Counted from the stretch's first letter, positions 29,477 to 39,577 are shown. The stretch: DNA of 64,000 nucleotides from Myxococcales bacterium (GCA_043747615.1 JAYTOU010000016.1:1-64000); one strand, 5' to 3'. Notes: generated by a model not told the origin, from the sequence alone. A program made the numbers and translations.

Positions 29477-30508
29477 CTACGCAGCGCGCTTCGTCAGCCA
29501 TGCTGACAGGAGCGGCCACGTCATGAGCGGCGCGTCGCGGCCGACCAGAAGATCGATGTGCCCGAGTGGAAGGGCGCGGTAGGTCTTGTCGGCGGATTGG
29601 CTGCGCAGAAATCCGGGGCGCACGCTCGCGGGCGGGGCGAGGTCATCGTTCGTTCCGGCAATCACCAAAAGCGGTAAATTCAAGGATTCGAAGCGTTCGA
29701 CGTAGTCGGTCTCTTTGCCGCCGAAGCGACGCTCGTTCGCCCACTCGAACATGTCCAGCATCTCCGCCATGCCCGCGCGGTCGAACGCCAAGCGAAGGTG
29801 CTCGTCAAGGACATGTGGCTCCAGATTCCCGGCGTGCCAGCCCCGGAGCGGAATCGGGTAGAGGGGACTCTCGGCGACGCGACGGAACGTGCTCATCACC
29901 CGGCCTACAGGGCCCAACGTCATATGCAGATTTCCCGACCGCGCGTTCACGACCCTCATCGCCCGGACGGCGAGAGCGATGGCACCCAGCGAAAAAGAGC
30001 CCCGCGTAAAGTGGTAGGGACTTCCGATGGAGGCGATACCGGCGATCGCTCCGGTGAGGGCAGGTGCCGCCGCGTAGCTGACGAGGCCGCCGAGGGAGTG
30101 ACCGACCAGGAAGATGCGACGGTTGCCACTGAGCGCGGAGACCTCGTCCACGGCGCTCGGTAGGTCCTCGAGAACGTAGTCTTCCACCCCACGCGAACGC
30201 TTGGCCCCGAGCTGTCGAGAGCGCCCGTGACCTCGCAAATCTAGATTGAAGACGTCGAATCCGGCGCGCGCGAGGTAGTTCGAGAGGCTCCGCGAAGGGA
30301 GGTGCCAGGCGTAGCGATTTTGGCCGAACCCGTGGATGAGAATGACGGGCGCGCGCGTGCCGTCCCCTGGGTGCTCGTCGTTCCCGACCCAGCGTTTGCG
30401 CACCATAGCCAGCGGAACGTGCCCGGAGGTCACCACGAGCTCTTTGAAGAACGCGCCGCGCTCATTCCTGTCGATCGTTTGATGTGCGACGCGACCGTGA
30501 AGGATCAA
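29477..30508 (-). CDS. Alpha/beta-fold hydrolase
   Basis: PVILIHG, DLRGHG, GHSLGG nucleophile elbow, AGTND, GHIDL. Confidence 0.9.
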   Translation of the reverse strand: MILHGRVAHQTIDRNERGAFFKELVVTSGHVPLAMVRKRWVGNDEHPGDGTRAPVILIHGFGQNRYAWHLPSRSLSNYLARAGFDVFNLDLRGHGRSRQLGAKRSRGVEDYVLEDLPSAVDEVSALSGNRRIFLVGHSLGGLVSYAAAPALTGAIAGIASIGSPYHFTRGSFSLGAIALAVRAMRVVNARSGNLHMTLGPVGRVMSTFRRVAESPLYPIPLRGWHAGNLEPHVLDEHLRLAFDRAGMAEMLDMFEWANERRFGGKETDYVERFESLNLPLLVIAGTNDDLAPPASVRPGFLRSQSADKTYRALPLGHIDLLVGRDAPLMTWPLLSAWLTKRAA

Positions 30509-30598
30509 ACGAAGCTTGGTCTCCTAACGGCACATGTTGACGCGAACTCGCCCATGCGCGGTCACGTAGTGTAGCATCCGGCCCAGCTGGGGACCTTC

Positions 30599-31588
30599 AT
30601 GAGAGCCAACCAAACTCGATTCGCATCCGCATTCGCATTCGCCATCGTCGCATTCGCTCCGCACGCTCTGGCGCAGCCAAAGCCAGGCAAGCCTGCCGCG
30701 CCCGCGCCCTCACCTCCGCCGGTCGAGGCGGCGCCACCGGTAGACGTGGAAGCCAAGCCCGCGCCAGCCAGCGCCGCGCCGCCCGCGGTCGTCGAGCCGC
30801 CGAGCGAAGAAGGCAGCAGCAGCGACGTCACCGAAAAACCGGGCAAGACCTACTATTACATCGGGCTTCGCTACCGGATGAACGTGGTCCCGAAGTTCAT
30901 GATCAACCTCTTCGTAGACGAAGGGGCGACGGTGTTTTCGAACACCCTCGGGATCGAGCTCGACATGCGGAAAGACGGCTTCTCGTTCATCCCGGCGGTC
31001 TCGTACGTCGAGTACGGAACGGGCGACATTCTCTTCAAGGAGAAGGGGAAGCCCTCGGAGATCAGCGGCAACTGGTCGAACATCAACAGCAGCTTGAAGG
31101 CTATTTACATTACCGCCGATCTGCTTTGGTCGAGCAGGATCCACAAGAACGTCGACTTCGAATATGGCGCTGGATTCGGCCTCGGAATCCTCACCGGCGG
31201 TCTCGAGACGAGCTGGGTCTACCGCGATCCCACCAATGGCCCGTACGTCGCGAAGGACGGTACGCGCTTCTCTCCCTGCATCAGTGAAGGGCAAGGGGGC
31301 GCGAACAGCGGCTGCAACAAAGTCGATCACCAGAACTCCACCGTCGCCAAGGTGAATCACTACAGCGAGCCGAGCTGGGCCAACGGCGGCTCGAAGCCGA
31401 ACGTCTTTTTGCATCTCGCCGTCCCGCAATTCGGACTTCGTTTCAAGCCGGCCAAAGAGTTCGAGGGCCGCGTCGGGATCGGATTTTCGCTCACCGGTTT
31501 TTGGTTCGGTCTCAGCGGGAATTACGGCCTAGAAAAGGCCCTCGGAGACAAAGCTCAGCCCCACTCGCTCGCGACGCCCACGCACTGA
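30599..31588 (+). CDS. Secreted protein, probable outer-membrane beta-barrel
   Basis: Signal peptide (ALA-Q), Pro/Ala linker, alternating amphipathic strands (YYYIGLRYR, FEYGAGFGLGI, FWFGLSGNYG). Confidence 0.65.
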   Translation: MRANQTRFASAFAFAIVAFAPHALAQPKPGKPAAPAPSPPPVEAAPPVDVEAKPAPASAAPPAVVEPPSEEGSSSDVTEKPGKTYYYIGLRYRMNVVPKFMINLFVDEGATVFSNTLGIELDMRKDGFSFIPAVSYVEYGTGDILFKEKGKPSEISGNWSNINSSLKAIYITADLLWSSRIHKNVDFEYGAGFGLGILTGGLETSWVYRDPTNGPYVAKDGTRFSPCISEGQGGANSGCNKVDHQNSTVAKVNHYSEPSWANGGSKPNVFLHLAVPQFGLRFKPAKEFEGRVGIGFSLTGFWFGLSGNYGLEKALGDKAQPHSLATPTH

Positions 31589-31592
31589 GACG

Positions 31593-34500
31593 ATGCCGCT
31601 GACGCTTCCGCCTCGTTACGAAGCGAAGTGGCTCCTCGGCCAAGGCGGCGGCGGCGAAGTTTGGGCAGTTCGTGATCGGATCTCCGATCAGATCCTCGCC
31701 CTGAAGGTCCTCGCCGAAGACGCTGGCGAGCCCGAGATGATGTCGCTCGTGCGCGAGGCCATGGCGCTGAGCGGGCTCGAGGGGCTCGGCGTTCCGCGCG
31801 TGGTCGGTTTCGGCGCGCTGCCGGGGACTGGACGTCGTTACCTCGTGCGCGAGCTCGTGGAAGGCGAGAGCCTCGCCAAGGTCATCGAGAACGCTCACGG
31901 GCCAGACTGGATCGGACCGCTCGCGCGTACCAGCGAGCAGCTGACCGTGCTCCATCGGGGCGGGCTCTTGCACGGTGACATCAAGCCCGCGAACGTGATA
32001 GTGAGCGCCGCCGGCGGGGCCACGCTGGTCGATCTCGGACTCGCCGCACCATGGCGCGAAGGCGGAACGAAACCGGAGGGTCTCACCCCGCAATACGCAG
32101 CGCCCGAGCTCTTCATCGGTGCGCCTCTGACCGTTCGCGCGGAGGTCTACGCTCTCGGTGCGACGCTGGCAGAAGCCCTCGAACGTCGCGGTGCCGAGCT
32201 CGACGAGACCACGCGCGCAGCGCTCGAACGAGTGGCGAAGCGAGCGACCGAGGAGGACCCCGCGGCGCGCTACCCCAGCGTCGACGAGTTCGGGAGCGCG
32301 CTCAGACACGCCGCGAACCTCTTGCCGACGGCGGTGAGCGAAGCGGCGTGGCCGGTGCTTGGATTGGAGACGACAGCGCAGCGCCTGCGAGATGCCGTGA
32401 TGGCAATCGCACCTGGAGAAGCGATGGCGATCGTCGGCCCGCGTGGCTCCGGACGCACCACGCTCGCGCGGCGCCTAGGCTGGACACTCGGGGTCGAAGG
32501 ACGGCCCGTCGCTGCCATCGAGGCACCACGTGCGGGGCTCACGCCACGCGAGGGGGTGGAGCTCGAGCTCGGTTCGCTCGGAGCCGCGGTGGCGAACGGC
32601 GTCATCATCGTCGACGACGCGCACATCCTCGACGACTCCGCGCAAGCCGCGATCAAAGAGGCGTGTGCACGCGGCGCACGCGTTGTCGCAGTCGGCCCGC
32701 GAAATCTCGTCGCGCGGCTGGCGAAGGGAAAATGCCAGGTGTTCGAGGTGCCGGCGCTCGATGAGAGCGACGTCGAAGAGCTAGTGCGTCGCGCCATGCC
32801 GTCTCTTCCGAACACGCTGCTCGCGCATCTCCTCACTCAGGTGAAGGGGACGCCCGGACGGCTGCGTGCCCTCATGAGGCAATTCGGAGGACGGGCCATC
32901 GTGTCTAAAGAAGACATCGACGCTGCGATTGAATCCGGTCCCCGCGGGTCAGTCCCTCCGCCTTCTCTCAGCCGGGAAGGAGAGGTGGCGAGCACCGAAC
33001 GTGTCCTCGACATGGGTCGAATCGACGAGGCGAGCGGTCTCCTCGCCTCTCTCGGCGAAGCGCGCAGCGTCGACGAGCGAGTGAAGTTCGCGATTTTTCG
33101 GGCGCGCATGTCGCTCGGACGGGGCGATCCGAAAGAAGCGCTCGAAGCGCTCGCGAGCGTGGGCATCCAAGCGGCGCGGGGGCCTCTCGCGCGGGCCTGG
33201 AGGGTCGCCGTAGCGCGAGCCCACTTGCGCAGCGGGGACTACGCGCAAGCCGCAAAATATGCCGCCGAAGCAACGGACAAAGAGGACTCGCTCGCGGCAG
33301 ACGCCCTCGCCGTGCAAGGTTTCGCCCAGGCTCTAACCGGGCACGCGGACGCGCAAGAAACCCTGGGTCGTGCCGTGATTCTGGCGCGCAAGGTAGGCGA
33401 TCGAAGGGTGGAAGCGGTGGCGCTCGGGTCGGTGGCTATCGCCCATCAGCGCGCCGGAAAGACCGCCGAAGCGCGCGCCGCTTACGAAGAATCGCTGGCC
33501 GCGGCGGAGGACGCGCGTGACGCGGCCACGGTGGCGCTCACCCGCTTGAACCTCGCCGCGCTCGCCCGCGCGGAAGGCAATCTCGCGCTCGCCCTCGTGC
33601 ACCTCGAAGCGGCGGTCGACATGGGCCAGCGGGCGGGCGGCTTGATTGCGGTCCAGGGCGCGCTCCTCAGTCTGGCCAATCTCGACCTGTACCTCGGTCG
33701 TTACGCGCGGGCCCGTGGGTCGATCGACTCGCTCGCCAAGGCGCGTGATGCGCTCGCGCCAATTGCTCGGGCGACGCTCCTCGGCCTCGAAGCAGAGCTC
33801 GCGGCGCGCACGGGAGACGTCGCGGGGGGCGCGATGCTCTACGAACAATCTGCGGCCGCGTGGGAAGCCCAGGACCGACCGCTCGACGCCGCCGAGTCGC
33901 GCCTCGAAGCGCTCTATGCACGCGCACGCGACCCGAAATCGTCTCACGTCGAGCTGGGGCGCGAGCTCGCAGAGGTCCGCAAGCGACTGGGGTCCGCCGG
34001 TTTTCGCGAGCACGAAGCGCTCGCCGGCATCGTGCAAGGTGCCATCGCGCTCCTCGACGGGGACGAGCTCAAAGGTCGCGCGGCCCTCGATCAGGCTCTC
34101 GAACAGGCACAGAAAGCGGGCCGGCGTGAGTGGGCCTGGCTTGCGCTCGAAGCCCGCGCGCGCCTCGCGGCCACGCAAGGGCACATGGCGCTGGCGCGCA
34201 GAGACGTGGACGCTGCGCTCGCCATCCTGGAGGAGACGGCGGCGAAGCTCCCCCGCGATCTGCGCGAGGTGTTCTGGGACGACCCTCGCCGGCGAGCACT
34301 CCGGCAAGCCAACCTCACGACGGCGTCGCTACCGCGGCCGCGCTCGACGATTCCGCTCACCTCGCGATCGCACGGCGCAACGCAGAGCAGTCTCTTCGCG
34401 CAGCCCCTCCCGGCCGAGGATCGCCTGGCGCGCATTTTCGAGATCACCCGCGAGCTCGCCACGGAGCACGACATCACTCGGCTCCTCTCGCGGGTCACCG

Positions 34501-36053
34501 ATCACGCGATCGCTCTCCTCGGCGCCGAGCGCGGTTTCGTTGTACTCGCGAAGGAGGACGGGGAGCTCGAGGCGCACGCTGCGCGCGATCGCAAAGGGGA
34601 GCTCGCCAAGGATCCCCACGTGCAATTTTCGCGTTCCGTAGCCGAAAAAGTGGTAAAAACCGGGGACGCGGTGATAGCCACGAGCGCCCGTGACGACTCG
34701 CGTCTCGCCCAAGCGGTGAGCGTGCACCAACTTATGATCCAATCGATCGCATGCGTGCCGATCCGCGGTGCTCCTCCCATCGGGCGCACCATCGGAGCGC
34801 TCTATCTGGAGACGCGCCTCAGGCCCGGCGCGCGCTTCGAAGAGGAGCTGCCGACTCTCGCTGCGTTCGCCGATCAAGCAGCCATCGCCATCGAGAACGC
34901 GCGCCTTCTGTCGGAAAATCACGAACGCGCCGAGGAGCTTGCGCGCGCGAACGTCGAGCTCGCGGCCGCCCATGGAAAGCTCTCCGAGATTCTCGGTCGG
35001 CGTACCGAACAGCTGGCGGCGACACGTCGCGATTTGAAAGAGATGCGCGCCGAGCTCCGCGGCCATTTCGGCTACGCAGGGCTGGTCGGAACGAGCGGCG
35101 CGATGCGCAAGTTATACGCCCTCATCGAACGGATCAAAGACACCGATGTCCCGGTGCTCATCACCGGCGAGAGCGGCACGGGCAAGGAGGTCGTCGCCAA
35201 GGCCGTGCACGCCTCGGGCGCTCGCGCGAAAGGCGCGTTCCTCGGAGTGAACTGCGGCGCGATCCCCGCGAACCTCCTCGAGAGCGAGCTCTTCGGCCAT
35301 GTGCGCGGAGCGTTTACGGGGGCTGAGCGCGACCGAAAAGGCCTATTTCGCGAGGCTGAAGGAGGCACTCTTCTCCTCGACGAGATCGGCGAGATGCCGC
35401 AGAAGATGCAAGCGAGCCTTCTGCGTGTGCTGCAAGAGAGTGCGGTTCGTCCCGTGGGCGGCGCCAAGGAAGAGAAGGTCGACGTGCGGGTCGTCGCCGC
35501 GACCAACCGCGATCTCTCGCAGATGGTGGCCGAAGGAACGTTCCGCGAAGATCTCTACTACCGCCTCCACGTGGTCGAGATGCACGTGCCGCCGCTTCGC
35601 GAACGGAGCGAGGACATCCCCCCGCTCATGGACCACTTTCTCACCCTCTTTGCCGCGCGCTACCGGCGGGAACGAAAATCGGTGGAGCGTGAAGCGCTCC
35701 GTCGTCTCTGCACCCACGACTGGCCGGGCAACGTGCGACAGCTCGAGCATGTTCTCCTCAACGCTTGGCTGATGGGCGAAGGGAGCGAGCTCGTCCTCGA
35801 GGACTTCGAGCTCCCCGAGATCAGCCTTCGAGCGGCCGCCATGCCGTCCACGGTACGCACGGCGTCGGTGGGTCATCCAAACCGCACCGCATCTCCCGCT
35901 GTCCGCAGCAAAGAGGAGTTCAAGGACTCGGAGCGCGAGCGGATTCTCGGCGCACTCGCCGCATGCAACTGGAATCGCGTACAGGCTGCGCGCATGATTG
36001 GCGTCCCGCGGCGCACATTCTATCGGCGCCTCAAAGAATTCGGGATTCTCTGA
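31593..36053 (+). CDS. Hybrid Ser/Thr kinase - degenerate P-loop - TPR - GAF - sigma-54 activator
   Basis: GQGGGG, ALK, HGDIKPAN, DLG, APE; GPRGSGRT and IIVDD; TPR helices; GAF; GESGTGKE, GAFTGA, LLDE; HTH. Confidence 0.92.
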   Translation: MPLTLPPRYEAKWLLGQGGGGEVWAVRDRISDQILALKVLAEDAGEPEMMSLVREAMALSGLEGLGVPRVVGFGALPGTGRRYLVRELVEGESLAKVIENAHGPDWIGPLARTSEQLTVLHRGGLLHGDIKPANVIVSAAGGATLVDLGLAAPWREGGTKPEGLTPQYAAPELFIGAPLTVRAEVYALGATLAEALERRGAELDETTRAALERVAKRATEEDPAARYPSVDEFGSALRHAANLLPTAVSEAAWPVLGLETTAQRLRDAVMAIAPGEAMAIVGPRGSGRTTLARRLGWTLGVEGRPVAAIEAPRAGLTPREGVELELGSLGAAVANGVIIVDDAHILDDSAQAAIKEACARGARVVAVGPRNLVARLAKGKCQVFEVPALDESDVEELVRRAMPSLPNTLLAHLLTQVKGTPGRLRALMRQFGGRAIVSKEDIDAAIESGPRGSVPPPSLSREGEVASTERVLDMGRIDEASGLLASLGEARSVDERVKFAIFRARMSLGRGDPKEALEALASVGIQAARGPLARAWRVAVARAHLRSGDYAQAAKYAAEATDKEDSLAADALAVQGFAQALTGHADAQETLGRAVILARKVGDRRVEAVALGSVAIAHQRAGKTAEARAAYEESLAAAEDARDAATVALTRLNLAALARAEGNLALALVHLEAAVDMGQRAGGLIAVQGALLSLANLDLYLGRYARARGSIDSLAKARDALAPIARATLLGLEAELAARTGDVAGGAMLYEQSAAAWEAQDRPLDAAESRLEALYARARDPKSSHVELGRELAEVRKRLGSAGFREHEALAGIVQGAIALLDGDELKGRAALDQALEQAQKAGRREWAWLALEARARLAATQGHMALARRDVDAALAILEETAAKLPRDLREVFWDDPRRRALRQANLTTASLPRPRSTIPLTSRSHGATQSSLFAQPLPAEDRLARIFEITRELATEHDITRLLSRVTDHAIALLGAERGFVVLAKEDGELEAHAARDRKGELAKDPHVQFSRSVAEKVVKTGDAVIATSARDDSRLAQAVSVHQLMIQSIACVPIRGAPPIGRTIGALYLETRLRPGARFEEELPTLAAFADQAAIAIENARLLSENHERAEELARANVELAAAHGKLSEILGRRTEQLAATRRDLKEMRAELRGHFGYAGLVGTSGAMRKLYALIERIKDTDVPVLITGESGTGKEVVAKAVHASGARAKGAFLGVNCGAIPANLLESELFGHVRGAFTGAERDRKGLFREAEGGTLLLDEIGEMPQKMQASLLRVLQESAVRPVGGAKEEKVDVRVVAATNRDLSQMVAEGTFREDLYYRLHVVEMHVPPLRERSEDIPPLMDHFLTLFAARYRRERKSVEREALRRLCTHDWPGNVRQLEHVLLNAWLMGEGSELVLEDFELPEISLRAAAMPSTVRTASVGHPNRTASPAVRSKEEFKDSERERILGALAACNWNRVQAARMIGVPRRTFYRRLKEFGIL

Positions 36054-36069
36054 CCACGGAGCGTATTCA

Positions 36070-36627
36070 ATGAAAACGATTCTACTTGCGTGCCTCGTCA
36101 CCTTCCTCGGCTGCGCGAAGGCGACACCCGCGTCCGAAACTGTGCCCGCGCCGGCCTCTCCTTCGGTCGCTGCACCAAGCGCAAATTCAGGCGAAATCGT
36201 GGTCGGAAAGGCTCCACCCGATTTCACCGTCAAAGACCAAGACGGCAAAGAGATCCACCTCGCGGCCCTCAAGGGAAAGCCCGTGGTGATTTATTTTTAT
36301 CCGAAGGACGAGACGCCGGGCTGCACCAAAGAAGCGTGCGCGTTTCGCGATGCCTTCACCGAGCTCACGAAAAAAGGAGCGATCCTCATCGGTGTGTCCG
36401 GGGACTCGGACGAGTCGCACCGCGCGTTCATCAAGAGCCACAAGCTCCCGTTCGCGCTGGTCAGCGATCCGAAAGGAGAGCTCGCCGAGAAGTTCGGCGT
36501 ACCGTTCCACCTTGGATATGCGTCCCGCCAGACGTTCGTCATCGGCGCGGATGGCAACGTAAAGAAGCTCTACCGAAGCGTCGACGTCTCCGCTCACGCC
36601 AAGGAAATTTCGGACGACCTTGGCTGA
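36070..36627 (+). CDS. bcp: Peroxiredoxin, BCP/PrxQ type, with lipoprotein signal
   Basis: YFYPKDETPGCTKEACAFRD; lipobox FLGC. Confidence 0.92.
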   Translation: MKTILLACLVTFLGCAKATPASETVPAPASPSVAAPSANSGEIVVGKAPPDFTVKDQDGKEIHLAALKGKPVVIYFYPKDETPGCTKEACAFRDAFTELTKKGAILIGVSGDSDESHRAFIKSHKLPFALVSDPKGELAEKFGVPFHLGYASRQTFVIGADGNVKKLYRSVDVSAHAKEISDDLG

Positions 36628-36913
36628 TCTCGCGGTGAAGGTGGACGGCGAGCTTCTGCCGGGGGCCGAGGCGAAGGCGCTTTGGGCTCGCTTCAGCGCT
36701 CATATGGAGTCGAACCGAGGCGATCTCCTCGGTTTCGCCAAGGCAGAGGGGTTCGCCAGCGTTCAGCCGGCCGTCGAGGGGGGACGTCCGCTCCTCGTCG
36801 CGAGCCGCACCACCCCGCAAGGGCCGTACGTCTCCGTTACGTCTTCCGAAGGATCCAATGGTGGATCGCAGAAGAACCAAACGCCCAAAAAAAACGCGAA
36901 AAAGCCGCGCTAA
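36620..36913 (+). CDS. Hypothetical protein
   Basis: TTG start overlapping the bcp stop; plausible globular 97-aa protein with basic tail. Confidence 0.6.
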   Translation: MADLAVKVDGELLPGAEAKALWARFSAHMESNRGDLLGFAKAEGFASVQPAVEGGRPLLVASRTTPQGPYVSVTSSEGSNGGSQKNQTPKKNAKKPR

Positions 36914-36956
36914 ACACACGCCAAGTGTAGGCGCATGTCTTGCTATATAGGCAGGA

Positions 36957-37586
36957 ATGGATATCGCTTACGTCGCCTTCACGGGAGCCGCCACGTTCAT
37001 GTTGGACGCGACGGGGGTCTGCCGATGGGTGACGTCGGTGCCCGGGAGCGCTCACTCGCAAGAAGCTGCCGACCGCTGCGTCGGGGCCCAATACGTCGCG
37101 TCGGTCGACACCAACGTCTATGGTGCCCTCGTCGATCTACCCCGCGTCGGCAAGCCCATGATTTTCGCGGCCGTCGGCGCCAATGGGCGAATTTCGCTGG
37201 TACGCACCGGCCCGCTCCTGAAGTTCGAGGCCAAGCGAAAGCCGAGCGGCGTCCACGAGCGGCCGACCCGTCCGACCCCATTCGCGCCCGTCCAAATCCG
37301 TCCTCTGCGCGACGACGCCATCGGGGATGTAGGCGATATCAACGACGTTTATTACAACGAGCCAGCCACGAGCCGCTTCACCCCGCCGCGCGCGCCCGCC
37401 GACCGCACCATCAAGACTGCGCCCCCGCCTCCGTCCGGCGCACGCAGAATGGTCGGCGCCCCTGCCCGCGCCATGCGCGACGAAGCCCTCGACCCGAACC
37501 CCCACGTTTACCGCGTTCCAGCAACGAATCCGCGCATCACGACCAGCCAAGCCCGGGCTCAGGGAATGCGCCGCGGCCGGTTGTAG
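36957..37586 (+). CDS. Hypothetical protein
   Basis: Globular N-terminal ~90 aa plus Pro/Arg-rich tail; fills the gap before the atp genes. Confidence 0.65.
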   Translation: MDIAYVAFTGAATFMLDATGVCRWVTSVPGSAHSQEAADRCVGAQYVASVDTNVYGALVDLPRVGKPMIFAAVGANGRISLVRTGPLLKFEAKRKPSGVHERPTRPTPFAPVQIRPLRDDAIGDVGDINDVYYNEPATSRFTPPRAPADRTIKTAPPPPSGARRMVGAPARAMRDEALDPNPHVYRVPATNPRITTSQARAQGMRRGRL

Positions 37587-37713
37587 CGGTACCCCATTGC
37601 CGTTCGGGGCGTCAGGTGGTACTGGCGGGGCTGTTTTCCCCTGGATTTACGCTTTCCTGGGGTTTCGGCGCGCCCCTTCTCAACTGGGGTACTTGGAACG
37701 TCCCTGAGGACCT

Positions 37714-38199
37714 ATGTCACTGCTGATGACGGATGCGTTCAACCACCTCGCGAGCGAGGGTGCGGTCAACGTCGATTTCGATCTCACAGTCGTCGGGCAA
37801 GTCGTCCTTTTCGTGGCTCTTATGCTGGTGCTCAAGCCCTGGCTCTTCGACCCGATGCTCAAGCTCTTCGAGGAGCGCGAGCGACGAATCGACGGCGCTA
37901 AGCGGCAGGCCCGGAAGTTGGACGAGAAGTCGGCCGGCGCGCTCAAGGAATACGAGGACGCGATGCAGACGGCCCGCGTTTCAGCCAACGCCGAACGGGA
38001 CAAGCTCCGCGCCGAAGGGCAAAAGATCGAGGTCGACATCTTGGCGAAGGTGCGGGCCAGTGCGGCAGAGACCCTCGAGGAGGGGCGTAAGCGGGCCGAG
38101 GTCGACCTGAAGACCGTGCGGGCTAGCCTCGATGCGGAGAATTCAGCGCTCGCCAAAGACCTGGCGACGCGCGTTCTCGGCCGAGAGGTGCAGGGATGA
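37714..38199 (+). CDS. ATP synthase F0 subunit b' (b2)
   Basis: DLTVVGQVVLF..L..VLKPWLFDP....EERE.RI pattern; first of two b-type genes. Confidence 0.88.
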   Translation: MSLLMTDAFNHLASEGAVNVDFDLTVVGQVVLFVALMLVLKPWLFDPMLKLFEERERRIDGAKRQARKLDEKSAGALKEYEDAMQTARVSANAERDKLRAEGQKIEVDILAKVRASAAETLEEGRKRAEVDLKTVRASLDAENSALAKDLATRVLGREVQG

Positions 38200-39038
38200 C
38201 TCTCCAGAAAAAAAATGCGGTTTTTGCGGCAATTTTCGCCGGTTTCCTCGGTGTAGCATCTGTCGCCGCGGCCCAGCCTGGCCCGCGCCCGCACGGTGGC
38301 TCTCGACCGCAGCGCCCCGTCCCGACGGCAGCGATGACCGCATCGCCCCCAGCTTCCCACGAGCCCGCGGCGGTTCAGGGTGAAGAGGGCGGAGCAGAGG
38401 TCGAGCACGAGCACGGCCTCAAGGACATCAACTGGTTCGACATCACGAACACGAAGCAGCCGCCGTACATCGCGATGCTCTTCAACTTCGCGCTGCTCAT
38501 CTGGATCTACGTTCGCTTCGGGAAGAAGCCGATAAAGGAAAGTCTAGAGACCCGGCGCGCCGAGATCGCCAAGGAGATCGAAGAAGCGCAGCGGATGAAA
38601 AAGGAGGCCAAGGGGCGCGCCAAGAAGTACCAAGCGCTGCTCGCGGGTCTCGCCGAGGAGCTCGAAGCAACGAAGCAGGCGCTGGTCGAGGCCGGCAAGG
38701 CCGACAAGGATCGCATCGTGCGCGAGGCCGAGGAGAAAGCCGTCCGCATGCGCAAAGACGCTGTTTTCATGCTCGATCAGGAGGTCCGTCAGATGAAAGT
38801 CGACCTCGTCAAGGAGACGGTCGATGGCGCCATCGCCGCGGCCGAAGAGCTCCTGAAAAAACGCATCACTCAGGCCGATCAAGAGCGGCTGGCCGACGAG
38901 TTCCTGATGCAGCTGAGTGCGCGCGGAAAAAAATCGGTGATGCCACCTCCTCACGTACCGCCGACGCCCGCCGGCGCGAGCAGTCCTCCGACTAACCACA
39001 GCATCCCGCCCTTCGCCGTGACCGGAGGTGAGCAGTGA
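38196..39038 (+). CDS. atpF: ATP synthase F0 subunit b with N- and C-terminal extensions
   Basis: MLFNFALLIWIYVRFGKKPIKESLETRRAEIAKEIEEA; ATGA overlap with b'. Confidence 0.88.
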   Translation: MTLQKKNAVFAAIFAGFLGVASVAAAQPGPRPHGGSRPQRPVPTAAMTASPPASHEPAAVQGEEGGAEVEHEHGLKDINWFDITNTKQPPYIAMLFNFALLIWIYVRFGKKPIKESLETRRAEIAKEIEEAQRMKKEAKGRAKKYQALLAGLAEELEATKQALVEAGKADKDRIVREAEEKAVRMRKDAVFMLDQEVRQMKVDLVKETVDGAIAAAEELLKKRITQADQERLADEFLMQLSARGKKSVMPPPHVPPTPAGASSPPTNHSIPPFAVTGGEQ

Positions 39039-39577
39039 TCGCGCCGCACATTGCACGGCGGTACGCCAAGGCACTCGTCGAGATCGGCGCGGAGACGGGC
39101 ACGCTCGAGACGCTCGTGACGGAGATCGGCGATCTCGGAGCCGCGTTCAGCGCGAGCCTCGAGCTGCGAAACGCCATGGAAAACCCGCTCATCGCGCGGG
39201 AGGGCAAGGTCGCCATCCTCGAAGAGCTCGCGCAGCGGCTCTCGCTGAGCCCCACCGCGAAGAATCTCCTGCTCATGCTCGGTGCGCGTCGCCGTCTGCC
39301 TGCGCTCCCGGGAATCGCTCAGCGCCTACGCGAAATGAACGACCTCCGAAAAGGGATCGTCCGAGCGGAGGTCACTACCGCCGTCCCCCTGAGCGACGCG
39401 TACTACGAACGCCTTCGAATCGAGCTCGAGAAGATGACCGGCAACAAGGTGACCCTCGACAAGCGCGAAGACCCGTCAATTCTCGCGGGCGTCGTCACCC
39501 GCATCGGAGACACCGTCGTCGATGGCTCTCTCCGAACGCGCCTTCAGCAGATGAAACACACGCTCCTGCAAGATTAA
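39035..39577 (+). CDS. atpH: ATP synthase F1 subunit delta
   Basis: IARRYAKAL, AEVTTAVPL, DPSILAGVVTRIGDTVVDGSL. Confidence 0.96.
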   Translation: MIAPHIARRYAKALVEIGAETGTLETLVTEIGDLGAAFSASLELRNAMENPLIAREGKVAILEELAQRLSLSPTAKNLLLMLGARRRLPALPGIAQRLREMNDLRKGIVRAEVTTAVPLSDAYYERLRIELEKMTGNKVTLDKREDPSILAGVVTRIGDTVVDGSLRTRLQQMKHTLLQD

